NCBI GenBank assembly: GCA_026396115.1
Contig: JAPLXL010000005.1
Span: 66,967-130,966, forward strand
Direction of reading: 5' to 3'
Origin: Candidatus Nealsonbacteria bacterium
GTDB taxonomy: Bacteria; Patescibacteriota; Minisyncoccia; Minisyncoccales; RBG-13-42-11
Length of the DNA: 64,000 bases
Below are positions 42,078 through 50,603 of the stretch, in pieces. Under the pieces are notes generated by a model. The model saw only the letters and a list, made by a program, of their open reading frames with translations. It searched no databases and had not been told where the DNA came from. The translations under genes were made by a program, and so were the position numbers. The stretch's first letter is position 1; each line of letters begins with the position of its first letter.

Positions 42078-42620
42078 ATGAAAACTAAAATTTTTGGAGG
42101 TAAGAAAATTACAATAAAGAAACTTTCAAAAAAAGATTTAAGAAATGCTAAAGAGTTTCAGGATTTTATTAATTCTTTGATTGAAGAAAAAGCTCAGATT
42201 TTACTTAATAAAAAATTATCGTTAAAAGAAGAAAAAGAATGGTTAAAAAGACGATTAGGACAAATTAAAAACCAAAAAACAGTTTTTCTATTGGCAGAAT
42301 GCGACAATAAGATCATTGGAACTACCGGCATTGATTTGGGCAGGGGGCGAGAAAACCACGTGGGAAACTTTGGAATCACCATCAGAAACGGTTATCGAGG
42401 AATTGGCTTGGGAAAGCATTTAATGAAAGAAATACTTAAATTGGCCAAAAAAGAATTACAGCCCAAACCAAAAATCATTAGATTAAGCGTTTTCTCCACT
42501 AATAAGCCGGCTATCGGGCTTTACAAAAAATACGGCTTCAAAAAAGCAGCCAGAATCCCAAAGCAACTCCAAGATAAAGGAAAACTATTAGATGAAATAA
42601 TAATGCTTTTAGAATTATGA
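42078..42620 (+). CDS. GNAT family N-acetyltransferase
   Basis: IRNGYRGIGLGKHLM (motif A), YKKYGFK. Confidence 0.8.
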   Translation: MKTKIFGGKKITIKKLSKKDLRNAKEFQDFINSLIEEKAQILLNKKLSLKEEKEWLKRRLGQIKNQKTVFLLAECDNKIIGTTGIDLGRGRENHVGNFGITIRNGYRGIGLGKHLMKEILKLAKKELQPKPKIIRLSVFSTNKPAIGLYKKYGFKKAARIPKQLQDKGKLLDEIIMLLEL

Positions 42621-42672
42621 AAAGAGAAATTGATGTATTAGTAAGGGCAATTATTGAAATAATCTGAAAACA

Positions 42673-43638
42673 ATGAAAACTAAAGAAATAAAAACCCGCG
42701 AATTAAACGCTGGAAAATTTATAAAAGAAAAAATAGAAGAAATATCAAAAACAGTAGGAAGTAATTCTGCCATTACTGCTTTGTCTGGCGGCGTAGACTC
42801 TTCGACCGCTACTCTGTTGGGGCACAAAGCATTGGGCGAGAAGCTCAAAGTAGTTTTCATTGACAATGGTTTAATGCGAGAGAATGAACCGCAAAAAGTG
42901 GCTTCAATGTTCGAAGAATTAGGGATTCTTGTTGAGATAATCGATGCCAAAAAACAATTCTTCAATGCCTTGAAAGGCGTTACTGATCCGGAACAAAAAC
43001 GAGAAGTTGTTACCCGAACTTTTTATAAAAAGATTTTTGCTAAATTAGTTAGAGAAAGTGGAGCAAAATGTCTTTTACAAGGAACCATTTTAACCGATAT
43101 AGAGGAAACCATTGCTGGCATCAAAAGACAGCATAATGTCTTTGAACAATTGGGTATTGATCCTGAAAAAGCATTTGGATACAAAATTATAGAACCGTTA
43201 AGACAGCTTCGCAAAGATGGTGTAAGAAAGATTGCCAAGGTTTTGGGTCTGCCAAAATCAATATATGAGAGAATGCCTTTCCCCGGGCCAGCTCTGGCCG
43301 CCAGAATAATTGGAGAAGTGACCCCCGAGAGAATAAAAATAATAAGAAAGGCAACTGCCATCGTGGAAGAAGAATTAAAAGAAACTGGTGCCTTCCAATA
43401 CTTGGCAATTTTACACCATGACCGAGTCACCGGAATAAGAAATAGGAAAAGAGATTTTGGACTCCAAATTGAAATCAGATGTTGGGAAAGTGTTGACGCG
43501 AGAACGGCAGCGCCAACCAGGTTGCCCTACGATATCTTAGAAACGTTGGCAAAAAGAATGACAAATGAAGTCCCCGGTGTGGTAAGTGTAACTTATAATA
43601 TAACATCAAAACCGCCTTCAACCATGGAAGCTATTTAA
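42673..43638 (+). CDS. guaA: GMP synthase ATP-pyrophosphatase subunit (subunit B, stand-alone)
   Basis: PP-loop ALSGGVDSS. C-terminal dimerisation region FPGPALAARIIGEV, ITSKPPSTMEA. No GATase domain in the ORF. Confidence 0.85.
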   Translation: MKTKEIKTRELNAGKFIKEKIEEISKTVGSNSAITALSGGVDSSTATLLGHKALGEKLKVVFIDNGLMRENEPQKVASMFEELGILVEIIDAKKQFFNALKGVTDPEQKREVVTRTFYKKIFAKLVRESGAKCLLQGTILTDIEETIAGIKRQHNVFEQLGIDPEKAFGYKIIEPLRQLRKDGVRKIAKVLGLPKSIYERMPFPGPALAARIIGEVTPERIKIIRKATAIVEEELKETGAFQYLAILHHDRVTGIRNRKRDFGLQIEIRCWESVDARTAAPTRLPYDILETLAKRMTNEVPGVVSVTYNITSKPPSTMEAI

Positions 43639-43642
43639 CCTT

Positions 43643-43670
43643 AAATCGAAGAATTAATTGAGAAAAAATT
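43643..43670 (+). repeat. junction repeat type D
   Basis: aaatcgaagAATTAATTGAGAAAAAATT followed by ATG 43671. Confidence 0.5.
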
Positions 43671-44183
43671 ATGGATATAAAAGAAGTTATTCAAAAAAGA
43701 TATAGTTGCCGGAGCTATAAAGATACTCCGGTGTCGGAGGAGAAATTAAAAAGTATTCTTGAGGCAGCCCAGCTTGCTCCTTCAGCTTCAAATCGTCAGC
43801 CATATAAATTTATTATTGTCAAAGATAAAGGAAAAAGAGAAAAATTAGCTGAAGCAGCTGGTCAAAGTTTTATTGCTGAAGCGCCAATTGTCATTGCCGG
43901 TGTTTCTTTAGAACCAGAAAGAATAATGAGTTGCGAAGTTCCAACTTATGCAGTTGATATAGCAATTGCAATGGAACATATAGCTCTTCAAGCTTGCGCA
44001 GAGGGTCTTGGAAGCTGTTGGATAGGAGCTTTTTCACAACAAGAAGCAAAAAAGATTCTCGGAGTTCCGGAAGAATATAAAGTAGTTGCTTTAATGCCTA
44101 TTGGTTATTCTGCAGATTTTCAAGGGTTAAAAGAGAAAAAGGATTTAGAAGAGCTCGCCGATTATGAAAAGTTTAAAATTTGA
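43671..44183 (+). CDS. nitroreductase family protein
   Basis: RYSCRSY, LAPSASNRQPYKFIIV, SCWIGAF. Confidence 0.8.
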   Translation: MDIKEVIQKRYSCRSYKDTPVSEEKLKSILEAAQLAPSASNRQPYKFIIVKDKGKREKLAEAAGQSFIAEAPIVIAGVSLEPERIMSCEVPTYAVDIAIAMEHIALQACAEGLGSCWIGAFSQQEAKKILGVPEEYKVVALMPIGYSADFQGLKEKKDLEELADYEKFKI

Positions 44184-44713
44184 CACTGGATAAGGAAATG
44201 AAACCGTTTTCCAAAAACATTATATTTTTAGACACAGAATTCTCAAGCTTAGACCCTTATAGAGGAGAAATACTTTCTATAGGTTTAGTGAAATTAGATG
44301 GTAAGGAATTGTATATAGAATTAAAGCATAACGGTGAAGTTGATGAGTGGGTAGAAAAAAATATTATTCCTAGTCTTAAAAAGCCCAAAGTGAGCAGAGA
44401 AGAAGCTGTAGAGAGAATTAAAGAATTCATTGGTGATACAGAGCCATATATGGTTGGATACGTTAATCAGTTTGATGCAATTTATTGGCATAAATTATTC
44501 GGTATTGAAAACAATCCTTGCCATTGGATACCCATTGATTTTGCCTCTATATTGTTCGCTTCAGGAATAAATCCTGAAAGGTATAATTGTGAAAATAAAA
44601 ATAATTTTTACAAAGAAATAGGCATTGACCATAGCAAATACAGAAAACACCATGCCTTAGATGATGCTAAACTTTTAAGAGAAGTTTATTTGAGATTTGT
44701 TGAGGATAAATAA
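44180..44713 (+). CDS. DEDDh 3'-5' exonuclease (DnaQ/RNase T-like)
   Basis: IIFLDTEFSS (Exo I), GYVNQFDAIYW (Exo II), HHALDDAKLL (Exo III). Confidence 0.7.
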   Translation: MTLDKEMKPFSKNIIFLDTEFSSLDPYRGEILSIGLVKLDGKELYIELKHNGEVDEWVEKNIIPSLKKPKVSREEAVERIKEFIGDTEPYMVGYVNQFDAIYWHKLFGIENNPCHWIPIDFASILFASGINPERYNCENKNNFYKEIGIDHSKYRKHHALDDAKLLREVYLRFVEDK

Positions 44714-44743
44714 TCTGGGGACTGTCCCAGGGAAAAAAAGTAA

Positions 44744-44898
44744 TATCGCTAGGAAATTTTTATTTGATTTTTCATAGACAGGTGACATAGTATAGATAGC
44801 TCTTTTAAAAATTTTAAATTTAGTAGAGAAGGGAGAGGAAAGAACTATGAAGAAAATTGCTGATTATTGTGAATTGTTAAAGCCTAAAGAAAAGGAGG
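44744..44898 (+). repeat. duplicated promoter/leader block, copy 1
   Basis: atcgctaggaaattttt...tagctcttttaaaaattttaaatttagtagagaagggagaggaaagaactATGaagaaaattgctgattattgtgaattgttaaagcctaaagaaaaggagg. The last ~100 nt are near-identical to 46322-46422. Confidence 0.6.
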
Positions 44899-44906
44899 GA
44901 GTCCCA

Positions 44907-45095
44907 ATGACTAAAAAAGAAATTCCTTTGACGCTCTTTACAAAGGAACAAAAAATGAGAATTTGGCAGGTAATTCACGCTAATACGCAAGAAGGTGACC
45001 GTCGTCCTTCTGAAGTTGTTGCTGATGCGCCATATAATGGTAACGAAGAAAAATATTTGCGCGAAATGGCGCAATGGCACAAAGTAGCTCTTTAG
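44907..45095 (+). CDS. hypothetical small protein
   Basis: ATG 44907 follows AAAGGAGGG. The track start 44847 lies in the duplicated leader, whose ATG is ATA in copy 2. Confidence 0.45.
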   Translation: MTKKEIPLTLFTKEQKMRIWQVIHANTQEGDRRPSEVVADAPYNGNEEKYLREMAQWHKVAL

Positions 45096-45184
45096 TACAA
45101 TTTTGGTCCCGGCGAGATTTCTAGCTAAAAGTTTCCAGCTAAAAGTCTTGTCGGGCTTTTTATTTTATGAGCGGGATATCAGAT

Positions 45185-45212
45185 GGGCAATCGGACGGTT
45201 TTTTGATAGAAT
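45185..45212 (+). promoter_or_regulatory. junction repeat type A (degenerate)
   Basis: gggcaaTCGGacGGttttttGATAGAAT. TAGAAT ends 8 nt before ATG 45221. Confidence 0.4.
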
Positions 45213-45220
45213 AAATAATT

Positions 45221-46021
45221 ATGACAAAAAATAAAAATATAACTTGGTCGTATAATAACTATGCAGAAAAATGGGCGAAGAGAATGCGCGAAGGAGGAGA
45301 TAGCGCTCATAGATATTTAGAGAAACCCGCTATGTACGGCAAACTCCCCAATTTAAAAAATAAATCAGTCCTTTGCATAGGATGCGGCACAGGGGAAGAA
45401 TGTAATTATATTAAATCTTTAGGAGTTAAAAAAATAGCAGGGATTGATATTTCAAAGAGATTAATTGGTTATGCCAAAAAGAATTATCCTGATATAGAAT
45501 TTCACACTATGGACATGGAAAAGCTTAATTTTCCAAAATCAAGTTTTGATTTTGTTTATTCCAGCTTAGGGCTCCATTATCTTAAGAATTGGACAAAGGT
45601 GTTAAGAAATGTATCTAAAGTATTGAAGAAAAATGGAACCTTTTTATTTTCTACTCATCATCCAATGAGGTGGGGAGCAGAAAAAAAGAGAGCCGGGATA
45701 ACAAAAAAGAGATCCAAAGATAAAAGATGGGTTTTAATGGGGTATGTTAAATATAATGATGAGAAAAAATATAAAGTTTACGGAGATTATCTTAATGCAA
45801 GAAAAGTTAAAGACATATGGTTTGATGAATTTAAAATTAGTTATTATCATAAACCATTATCGTTAATCATAAAGGAAATTCTTAACTCTGGCTTTAAAAT
45901 TGTTGATTTTATTGAACCAAAGCCTATTAATTCTGCAAAAAATAAGGATAGAAGATTTTGGGAGATTCATCGGAAAATTCCCTTGTTTATAATTTTTGAA
46001 TTGAAAAAAGATAAAAAATAA
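45221..46021 (+). CDS. class I SAM-dependent methyltransferase
   Basis: VLCIGCGTGEE (motif I), FDFVYSSLGLHY, LKKNGTFLFS. Confidence 0.8.
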   Translation: MTKNKNITWSYNNYAEKWAKRMREGGDSAHRYLEKPAMYGKLPNLKNKSVLCIGCGTGEECNYIKSLGVKKIAGIDISKRLIGYAKKNYPDIEFHTMDMEKLNFPKSSFDFVYSSLGLHYLKNWTKVLRNVSKVLKKNGTFLFSTHHPMRWGAEKKRAGITKKRSKDKRWVLMGYVKYNDEKKYKVYGDYLNARKVKDIWFDEFKISYYHKPLSLIIKEILNSGFKIVDFIEPKPINSAKNKDRRFWEIHRKIPLFIIFELKKDKK

Positions 46022-46024
46022 ACT

Positions 46025-46171
46025 ATGGCAGAATTAAAAATTCTTCCTTATTATCAAAAATTCTTAAAAGACTTTAAAAAAGAAAAGAGTAAAATCTCCA
46101 AAGTCATTAAAAATATTGAAATCCATCATATCGGAAGCACAGCTGTTCCCGGCTTAGGCGGTAAGGGATAA
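46025..46171 (+). pseudogene. truncated GrpB-family gene (48 codons)
   Basis: MAELKILPYYQKFLKDFKKEKSKISKVIKNIEIHHIGSTAVPGLGGKG*. The HIGSTAVPGL motif is present, but the protein stops ~120 aa short of normal length. Confidence 0.55.
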
Positions 46172-46237
46172 CAAAATGACAAAAGAATTGCTCAGGGAGA
46201 TTATTGTTAAACGAAGAAGATTGTTTAGTAAATAAAG

Positions 46238-46422
46238 CCTATCGTTAGGAAATTTTTTTTCAATTGACGATAAGAATTAAATATTATATACTAAAAATAC
46301 TCTAATAAAAGGTATTTTTAACTAGCTCTTTTAAAAATTTTAAATTTAGTAGAGAAAGGGGAGGAAAGAACTATAAAGAAAATTGCTGATTATTGTGAAT
46401 TGTTAGAGCCTAAAGAAAAGGA
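46238..46422 (+). repeat. duplicated promoter/leader block, copy 2
   Basis: atcgttaggaaattttt, TTGACG-17-TATACT, then the ~100-nt leader with ATG->ATA and AAA->GAG changes. Confidence 0.6.
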
Positions 46423-46489
46423 GGTCTGAAAATGAAAATAGCAAAAAATAGTTCTTTTAATTGAGAAAAATTGAAAGGAGGATTTAAAA

Positions 46490-46777
46490 ATGCTGGTAAG
46501 ATTGAATAAGGTTAAGATAGGAGACAAGTTTATGTTTTCTAGTGATGTAGAAAAAAAGCTGAGAATCCATGGGACTTTTAGAGCTTCCGTTCCGTACACC
46601 AATGACAAAATTCTGATTAGGAAAGAGTCGTCGAAAAAAGGTTATTTGCTTGAATACTTTAAAACAGGTACTTTACTGAAAGATGTCAAAACAGGACAAG
46701 TGTGGAAGTTTCCAAATGAGGTATTAGGCATTGTTAATCAAATATTGTTGTTGAATAATGAGAGACTAGTTGGTTGA
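46490..46777 (+). CDS. hypothetical protein
   Basis: 95 aa. GAAAGGAGG RBS. Confidence 0.5.
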   Translation: MLVRLNKVKIGDKFMFSSDVEKKLRIHGTFRASVPYTNDKILIRKESSKKGYLLEYFKTGTLLKDVKTGQVWKFPNEVLGIVNQILLLNNERLVG

Positions 46778-46792
46778 AAGGAGATAAAAAAA

Positions 46793-47116
46793 ATGAAAAT
46801 CCAAAAGATTTTTGCTGCCATCCGAAAGATTTTCGATACTGTTACATACATTACTGTATATCGTATTGTTTCTTTCCTGGGGATAATATTGATGCTTGGT
46901 ATAATTATCAACTCGATCTATTTTAAACACGATGCAACTAAACTTTTTGTTATTTTTTTATCGGCCTTGGACTTATTCGTCATTGTTTCTTTGCTCTTTG
47001 TTGTAAATTCGTTTACCCGAGCCGCAGTGAAGGGTGAAGAAGAGGATTTATCCTCTTTGACTAAGCAACAAGACGAAAAAATAACAGTTTCTCAAAAAGA
47101 GGGGCTCACTAAATAA
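46793..47116 (+). CDS. hypothetical membrane protein
   Basis: 107 aa, two TM helices. GAAAGGAG RBS. Confidence 0.5.
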   Translation: MKIQKIFAAIRKIFDTVTYITVYRIVSFLGIILMLGIIINSIYFKHDATKLFVIFLSALDLFVIVSLLFVVNSFTRAAVKGEEEDLSSLTKQQDEKITVSQKEGLTK

Positions 47117-47173
47117 AGCCCTCTTTTATTTTAAGCGATTGAATTTTGCCGGATTTATTGATAGATTTAAAAT

Positions 47174-48499
47174 ATGGAAAACCAAAACAAAGATCAACCT
47201 CTGGCAGACAGAATAAGACCTTATTCTCTTGATGACTTTTTTGGTCAGGAAGAAATAGTGGGAGAAAAGAAGTTGTTAAGGCAAGCCATAGAATCTGACA
47301 GATTGCCCTCAATGATTTTTTGGGGGCCCCCGGGAAGCGGAAAAACTACTTTGGCTTTTATTATTGCCAAACAAACCAAATCAGAATTTTATCAAACGAG
47401 CGCTGTTTCCTGCGGCTTGAAAGAATTAAAACAAGTAATAGACGAGGCGAAAAACAATGCCAAACTCGGCAAAAAAACAATATTTTTTTTAGACGAAATT
47501 CATCGTTGGAACAAAAGACAGCAAGATTCCCTTTTGCCGTTCGTAGAAAAAGGATTAATTCTTCTTATTGGCGCCACGACAGAAAATCCAAGTTTTGAAG
47601 TGATAAGCCCTTTGCTTTCAAGGTGCCAAGTTTTTGTTTTCAAACCACTTAACAGAAAACATATTTCGAAAATAATCAACAAAGCCCTAAAAAACAAAGA
47701 GAAGGGATTCGGCAACCTAAATATTAAGATTGAAAAAAACATTATTGATATCATAGCTCAAATGAGCAACGGAGACGCCAGAAAAGCTCTTAATGTTATA
47801 GAATACGCTGTCTTAACCTCACCCAACTTTGAATATTTTCAACTATCAAAATCCAAAAAGAACCAGGGCAAAGAGACTTCGTCTCTTCTTCCCCCTCGCT
47901 CCGCTCGGGAGGGCGGAGAAAATGAAATAAAAATCACGGCTGATATTGTAAAAGAATCCTTTCAAAAATCTTACTTGCTTTATGATAAAGGAGGGGAAGA
48001 GCATTATAATATTATTTCCGCCCTTCATAAATCAATAAGAGGATCTGACGCCGATGCTGCTCTTTATTGGTTAGCCAGGATGATTGAAGCAGGAGAAGAT
48101 CCTTTATATATTGCCAGAAGAATTATCCGTTTTGCCTCAGAAGACATAGGTCTGGCTAATTCGCGCGCCTTAGAGCAAGCAGTGGCTGTTTATCAAACAT
48201 GTCATTTTATTGGAGTGCCGGAATGCAATCTGGCATTGGCTCAAGCAGTGGTTTATATGGCAAAATGTAAAAAATCAAATGAGCTCTATGTTGCTTATGA
48301 AAAAGCTGCTCGCGATGTTAAAGAATACGGAAATTTGCCGATTCCTCTGCATCTGCGTAACGCTCCCACTCAATTAATGAAAGATTTAGGATATGGTGAA
48401 GATTACAAATACAGCCCAAATTTTAATTACAAGGAAAAACAGGAATATTTTCCCGAAAAATTAAAGAGAAGGAAATATTTCAAAAACCATAAAGATTAA
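47174..48499 (+). CDS. rarA: replication-associated recombination protein A (AAA+ ATPase)
   Basis: LADRIRPYSLDDFFGQEEI, Walker A GPPGSGKTT, FFLDEIHRWNK, GATTENPSFE, SIRGSDADAALYWLARMIEAGEDP. Confidence 0.9.
   Translation: MENQNKDQPLADRIRPYSLDDFFGQEEIVGEKKLLRQAIESDRLPSMIFWGPPGSGKTTLAFIIAKQTKSEFYQTSAVSCGLKELKQVIDEAKNNAKLGKKTIFFLDEIHRWNKRQQDSLLPFVEKGLILLIGATTENPSFEVISPLLSRCQVFVFKPLNRKHISKIINKALKNKEKGFGNLNIKIEKNIIDIIAQMSNGDARKALNVIEYAVLTSPNFEYFQLSKSKKNQGKETSSLLPPRSAREGGENEIKITADIVKESFQKSYLLYDKGGEEHYNIISALHKSIRGSDADAALYWLARMIEAGEDPLYIARRIIRFASEDIGLANSRALEQAVAVYQTCHFIGVPECNLALAQAVVYMAKCKKSNELYVAYEKAARDVKEYGNLPIPLHLRNAPTQLMKDLGYGEDYKYSPNFNYKEKQEYFPEKLKRRKYFKNHKD
47867..47918 (-). repeat. double-hairpin palindromic element (E) copy inside rarA CDS
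   Basis: GGCAAAGAGACttcGTCTCTTCTTCCCCCTCGCTCCGCTCGGGAGGGCGGAG encodes GKETSSLLPPRSAREGGE between conserved RarA blocks. Confidence 0.65.
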
Positions 48500-48527
48500 A
48501 GCGCTATCAATTGAAAAATTTGAAGAA

Positions 48528-48950
48528 TTGGTAAACGAAGGAATTAAAGCTATCCCTAAGGGGTTTTTGGAAAAATTAGATAATGTAGAGATTATTGTTG
48601 AAGAAACACCTACCCCGGAACAATTAAGAAAACTAAAAATCAGAAAAGGTTCTTTTCTTTTTGGTTTATATGAAGGCGTTCCTCAAACAAAAAGGTGGCG
48701 CTACGGACAGGTTTTACCGGACAAAATAACAATTTTTAAAAATCCAATTGAAAGAGTAGCTCGTTTTAAAGAGTCGGCAAGGGCGAAGAGAACAAGTTCT
48801 CTTCTTCACCTTCGTCCCGCTTCGCGAGACTCGGTAATCAAAGAAATTGTTAAAAATACGGTCTGGCACGAAATTGCTCATCATTTTGGCATGGATGAAA
48901 AAAGAGTAAGACAAGCCGAATCTCACCGAATTGAAAAAATTAATTTGTAA
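48528..48950 (+). CDS. zincin-like metallopeptidase family protein (DUF1025-like)
   Basis: NVEIIVEETP, FGLYEGVP, TVWHEIAHHFGMDE (HExxH). The start is uncertain: the frame stays open upstream to 48489 without an ATG. Confidence 0.65.
   Translation: MVNEGIKAIPKGFLEKLDNVEIIVEETPTPEQLRKLKIRKGSFLFGLYEGVPQTKRWRYGQVLPDKITIFKNPIERVARFKESARAKRTSSLLHLRPASRDSVIKEIVKNTVWHEIAHHFGMDEKRVRQAESHRIEKINL
48781..48834 (-). repeat. E element copy inside the metallopeptidase CDS
   Basis: GGGCGAAGAGAACaagTTCTCTTCTTCACCTTCGTCCCGCTTCGCGAGACTCGG encodes RAKRTSSLLHLRPASRDS. Confidence 0.65.
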
Positions 48951-48952
48951 AA

Positions 48953-49004
48953 GTCGAAGAGAGCTTCACTCTCTTCTTCACCTTCGCTTCCTTCGGAAAC
49001 TCGG
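48953..49004 (-). repeat. E element copy, intergenic, ending 3 nt before ATG 49008
   Basis: GTCGAAGAGAGCttcaCTCTCTTCTTCACCTTCGCTTCCttcGGAAACTCGG. Confidence 0.7.
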
Positions 49005-49007
49005 TAT

Positions 49008-49862
49008 ATGAAAAAACCTTTAATTTTGGGTTTAATTTTAATAATCCTGGCCGGAGGAATTTGGTTTTTCTGGCCCTTTTTTCAATTAGAACTTTTAGAA
49101 GTTAAAATCGCTCTACCAAAAATTGTAAAATTGGCAGAAAAAGAAATTTCTCTCCCACCGCCTCTTCAAGCAGTAGAAAAAGAAAAACCCGAGGTAATTT
49201 TAACTCAACAAGGTGTAATTGAATGGACAAATATCCAGAGAAAAAAATACGGTCTTTCCGCATTTGAAGAAAATTCAAAGTTAAACGCCATGGCTCAGGC
49301 TAAAGTTGAAGATATGTTCCAAAATCAATATTTTTCCCATTATTCTCTTTTGGGTGAAGGGGTAGGGGATTTGGCAAAAGATTTTGATTACGAATTTCTT
49401 GCTATTGGCGAAAATTTAGCTATGGGTAATTTTGAAAGCGATGAAAATTTAGTTGAGGCCTGGATGGCAAGTCCCGGTCACCGAGAAAATATTCTAAGTC
49501 AAAGCTATCGGGAAATCGGGGTAGCTATTCAAAAGGGCATATTTAACGGAAATTCAGTTTGGCTGGCAGTCCAGCACTTTGGACTTCCGCTTTCAGCCTG
49601 CCCTCAGCCAAGCGAAATAATTAGATTGGAAATTGAAAAAAATCAGCAGGAACTTGAAGAACTTCAAGGATTATTACCGGAAGCTCTGAGCGAGCTGCAA
49701 GCAATGAGACCAAAACGGACAAGTTTTTATCAGCAAAAATTAGAAGAATACAATAATTTAGTGGAGAAATATAATAATCTTTTAGCAGAAAATAAAACGC
49801 TTATTGATCAATATAATGCAGAAATTCAACAATTTAATCAGTGTATTGTTGAGTTAAGATAA
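49008..49862 (+). CDS. CAP/SCP domain protein with C-terminal coiled coil
   Basis: N-terminal TM. YFSHYS, GENLAMG, VEAWMASPGHRENIL, YREIGVA. Confidence 0.75.
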   Translation: MKKPLILGLILIILAGGIWFFWPFFQLELLEVKIALPKIVKLAEKEISLPPPLQAVEKEKPEVILTQQGVIEWTNIQRKKYGLSAFEENSKLNAMAQAKVEDMFQNQYFSHYSLLGEGVGDLAKDFDYEFLAIGENLAMGNFESDENLVEAWMASPGHRENILSQSYREIGVAIQKGIFNGNSVWLAVQHFGLPLSACPQPSEIIRLEIEKNQQELEELQGLLPEALSELQAMRPKRTSFYQQKLEEYNNLVEKYNNLLAENKTLIDQYNAEIQQFNQCIVELR

Positions 49863-49914
49863 ACCAGTTATTTACTATTTTTACTCGGCTTTTATCATCT
49901 TTTCGGCCTACTTT

Positions 49915-49947
49915 AAAACCCGAGGGAAGACATCCCGCGGGTTTTTA
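49915..49947. terminator. bidirectional terminator between convergent genes
   Basis: AACCCG-a-GGGA-agaca-TCCC-g-CGGGTT, flanked by AAAA and TTTTT. Confidence 0.6.
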
Positions 49948-49952
49948 CTCAA

Positions 49953-50000
49953 CCATCGAGCGTCAGTAAAGAGGGGAGAAGAACTAACGTTCTTCAACCC
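49953..50000 (+). repeat. E element copy overlapping the 3' end of efp
   Basis: CCATCGAGCGTCAGTAAAGAGGGGAGAAGAACtaacGTTCTTCAACCC. The efp stop and last codons (VEER*) lie in its second hairpin. Confidence 0.55.
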
Positions 50001-50553
50001 TTCTTACATATTCGCCTTTTTCGGTATTTACCTCAATAATATCTCCTTCTTTAATAAAGAGAGGAACATTGATATTGTCTCCTGTTTCCAGCTTTACTGT
50101 TTTTGTGCCGCCTTGGGCTCTGTCACCCTTAACACCCGGAGGCGCTTCAATGACTTTCAATTGAACCTTAATTGGTAGAGAAATATTAATTATCTTACTT
50201 TGAAATTGAACTCCCTCAATAATTTCATTCGGCTTTAAAAAAATAACACTCTCTCCTATGGTTTCTTTCGGTAATTCAAAACGAGCCGAAGAATTATTCT
50301 CTTTAGAAAAGAAAAACTTATCTCGGTGGAAATAGAGAAATTTTACTTTTATTTTTTCAATTTCTGCTATTTCAAACTCTTCGCCGGGATGGAAAGTTTT
50401 GGAAATAACATTGCCGGTAATTAAGTTTTTAATTTTTGTCTGAACAATAGAACTGCCCCTTCCTTTAAAAACAAAAGATGAATCTAAAACCTCGTAGGGC
50501 TGGTCGTCCAAAATAAGTCTTATCCCTTTTTTCAAATCATTGTGCGACAACAT
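49984..50553 (-). CDS. efp: elongation factor P
   Basis: 189 aa. NDLKKGIRLILDDQPYEVLDSSFVFKGRGSSIVQTKIKNLITG, PPGVKGDRAQGGTKTVKLETG. Confidence 0.9.
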   Translation of the reverse strand: MLSHNDLKKGIRLILDDQPYEVLDSSFVFKGRGSSIVQTKIKNLITGNVISKTFHPGEEFEIAEIEKIKVKFLYFHRDKFFFSKENNSSARFELPKETIGESVIFLKPNEIIEGVQFQSKIINISLPIKVQLKVIEAPPGVKGDRAQGGTKTVKLETGDNINVPLFIKEGDIIEVNTEKGEYVRRVEER

Positions 50554-50603
50554 ATTGTTAATTGTTATTATTCAACTTACGATGTTGAATATGGGATGGT
50601 AAT

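Noticed and set aside
42651-43430. Minus-strand track ORFs inside guaA (42651..42965, 43023..43430, 43187..43408)
   Set aside because: They are antisense shadows of a gene with clear PP-loop and GMP synthase C-terminal motifs.
2721-45212. The junction repeats as a CRISPR array or as integron attC sites
   Set aside because: The repeats are separated by whole genes of very different lengths, so this is not a regular repeat-spacer array. No cas genes are present. For attC I looked for RYYYAAC...GTTRRRY with extended imperfect palindromy. Only the terminal 7-8 nt are inverted complements, the right box reads GGTAGAAT rather than GTTRRRY, and no IntI-type integrase is in the window.
19018-47116. 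Prophage or integrative element with its own recombinase
   Set aside because: No integrase, transposase, terminase, capsid or tail-like ORF was recognisable anywhere in the window. The mobility signals are limited to repeats and duplicated target stubs.
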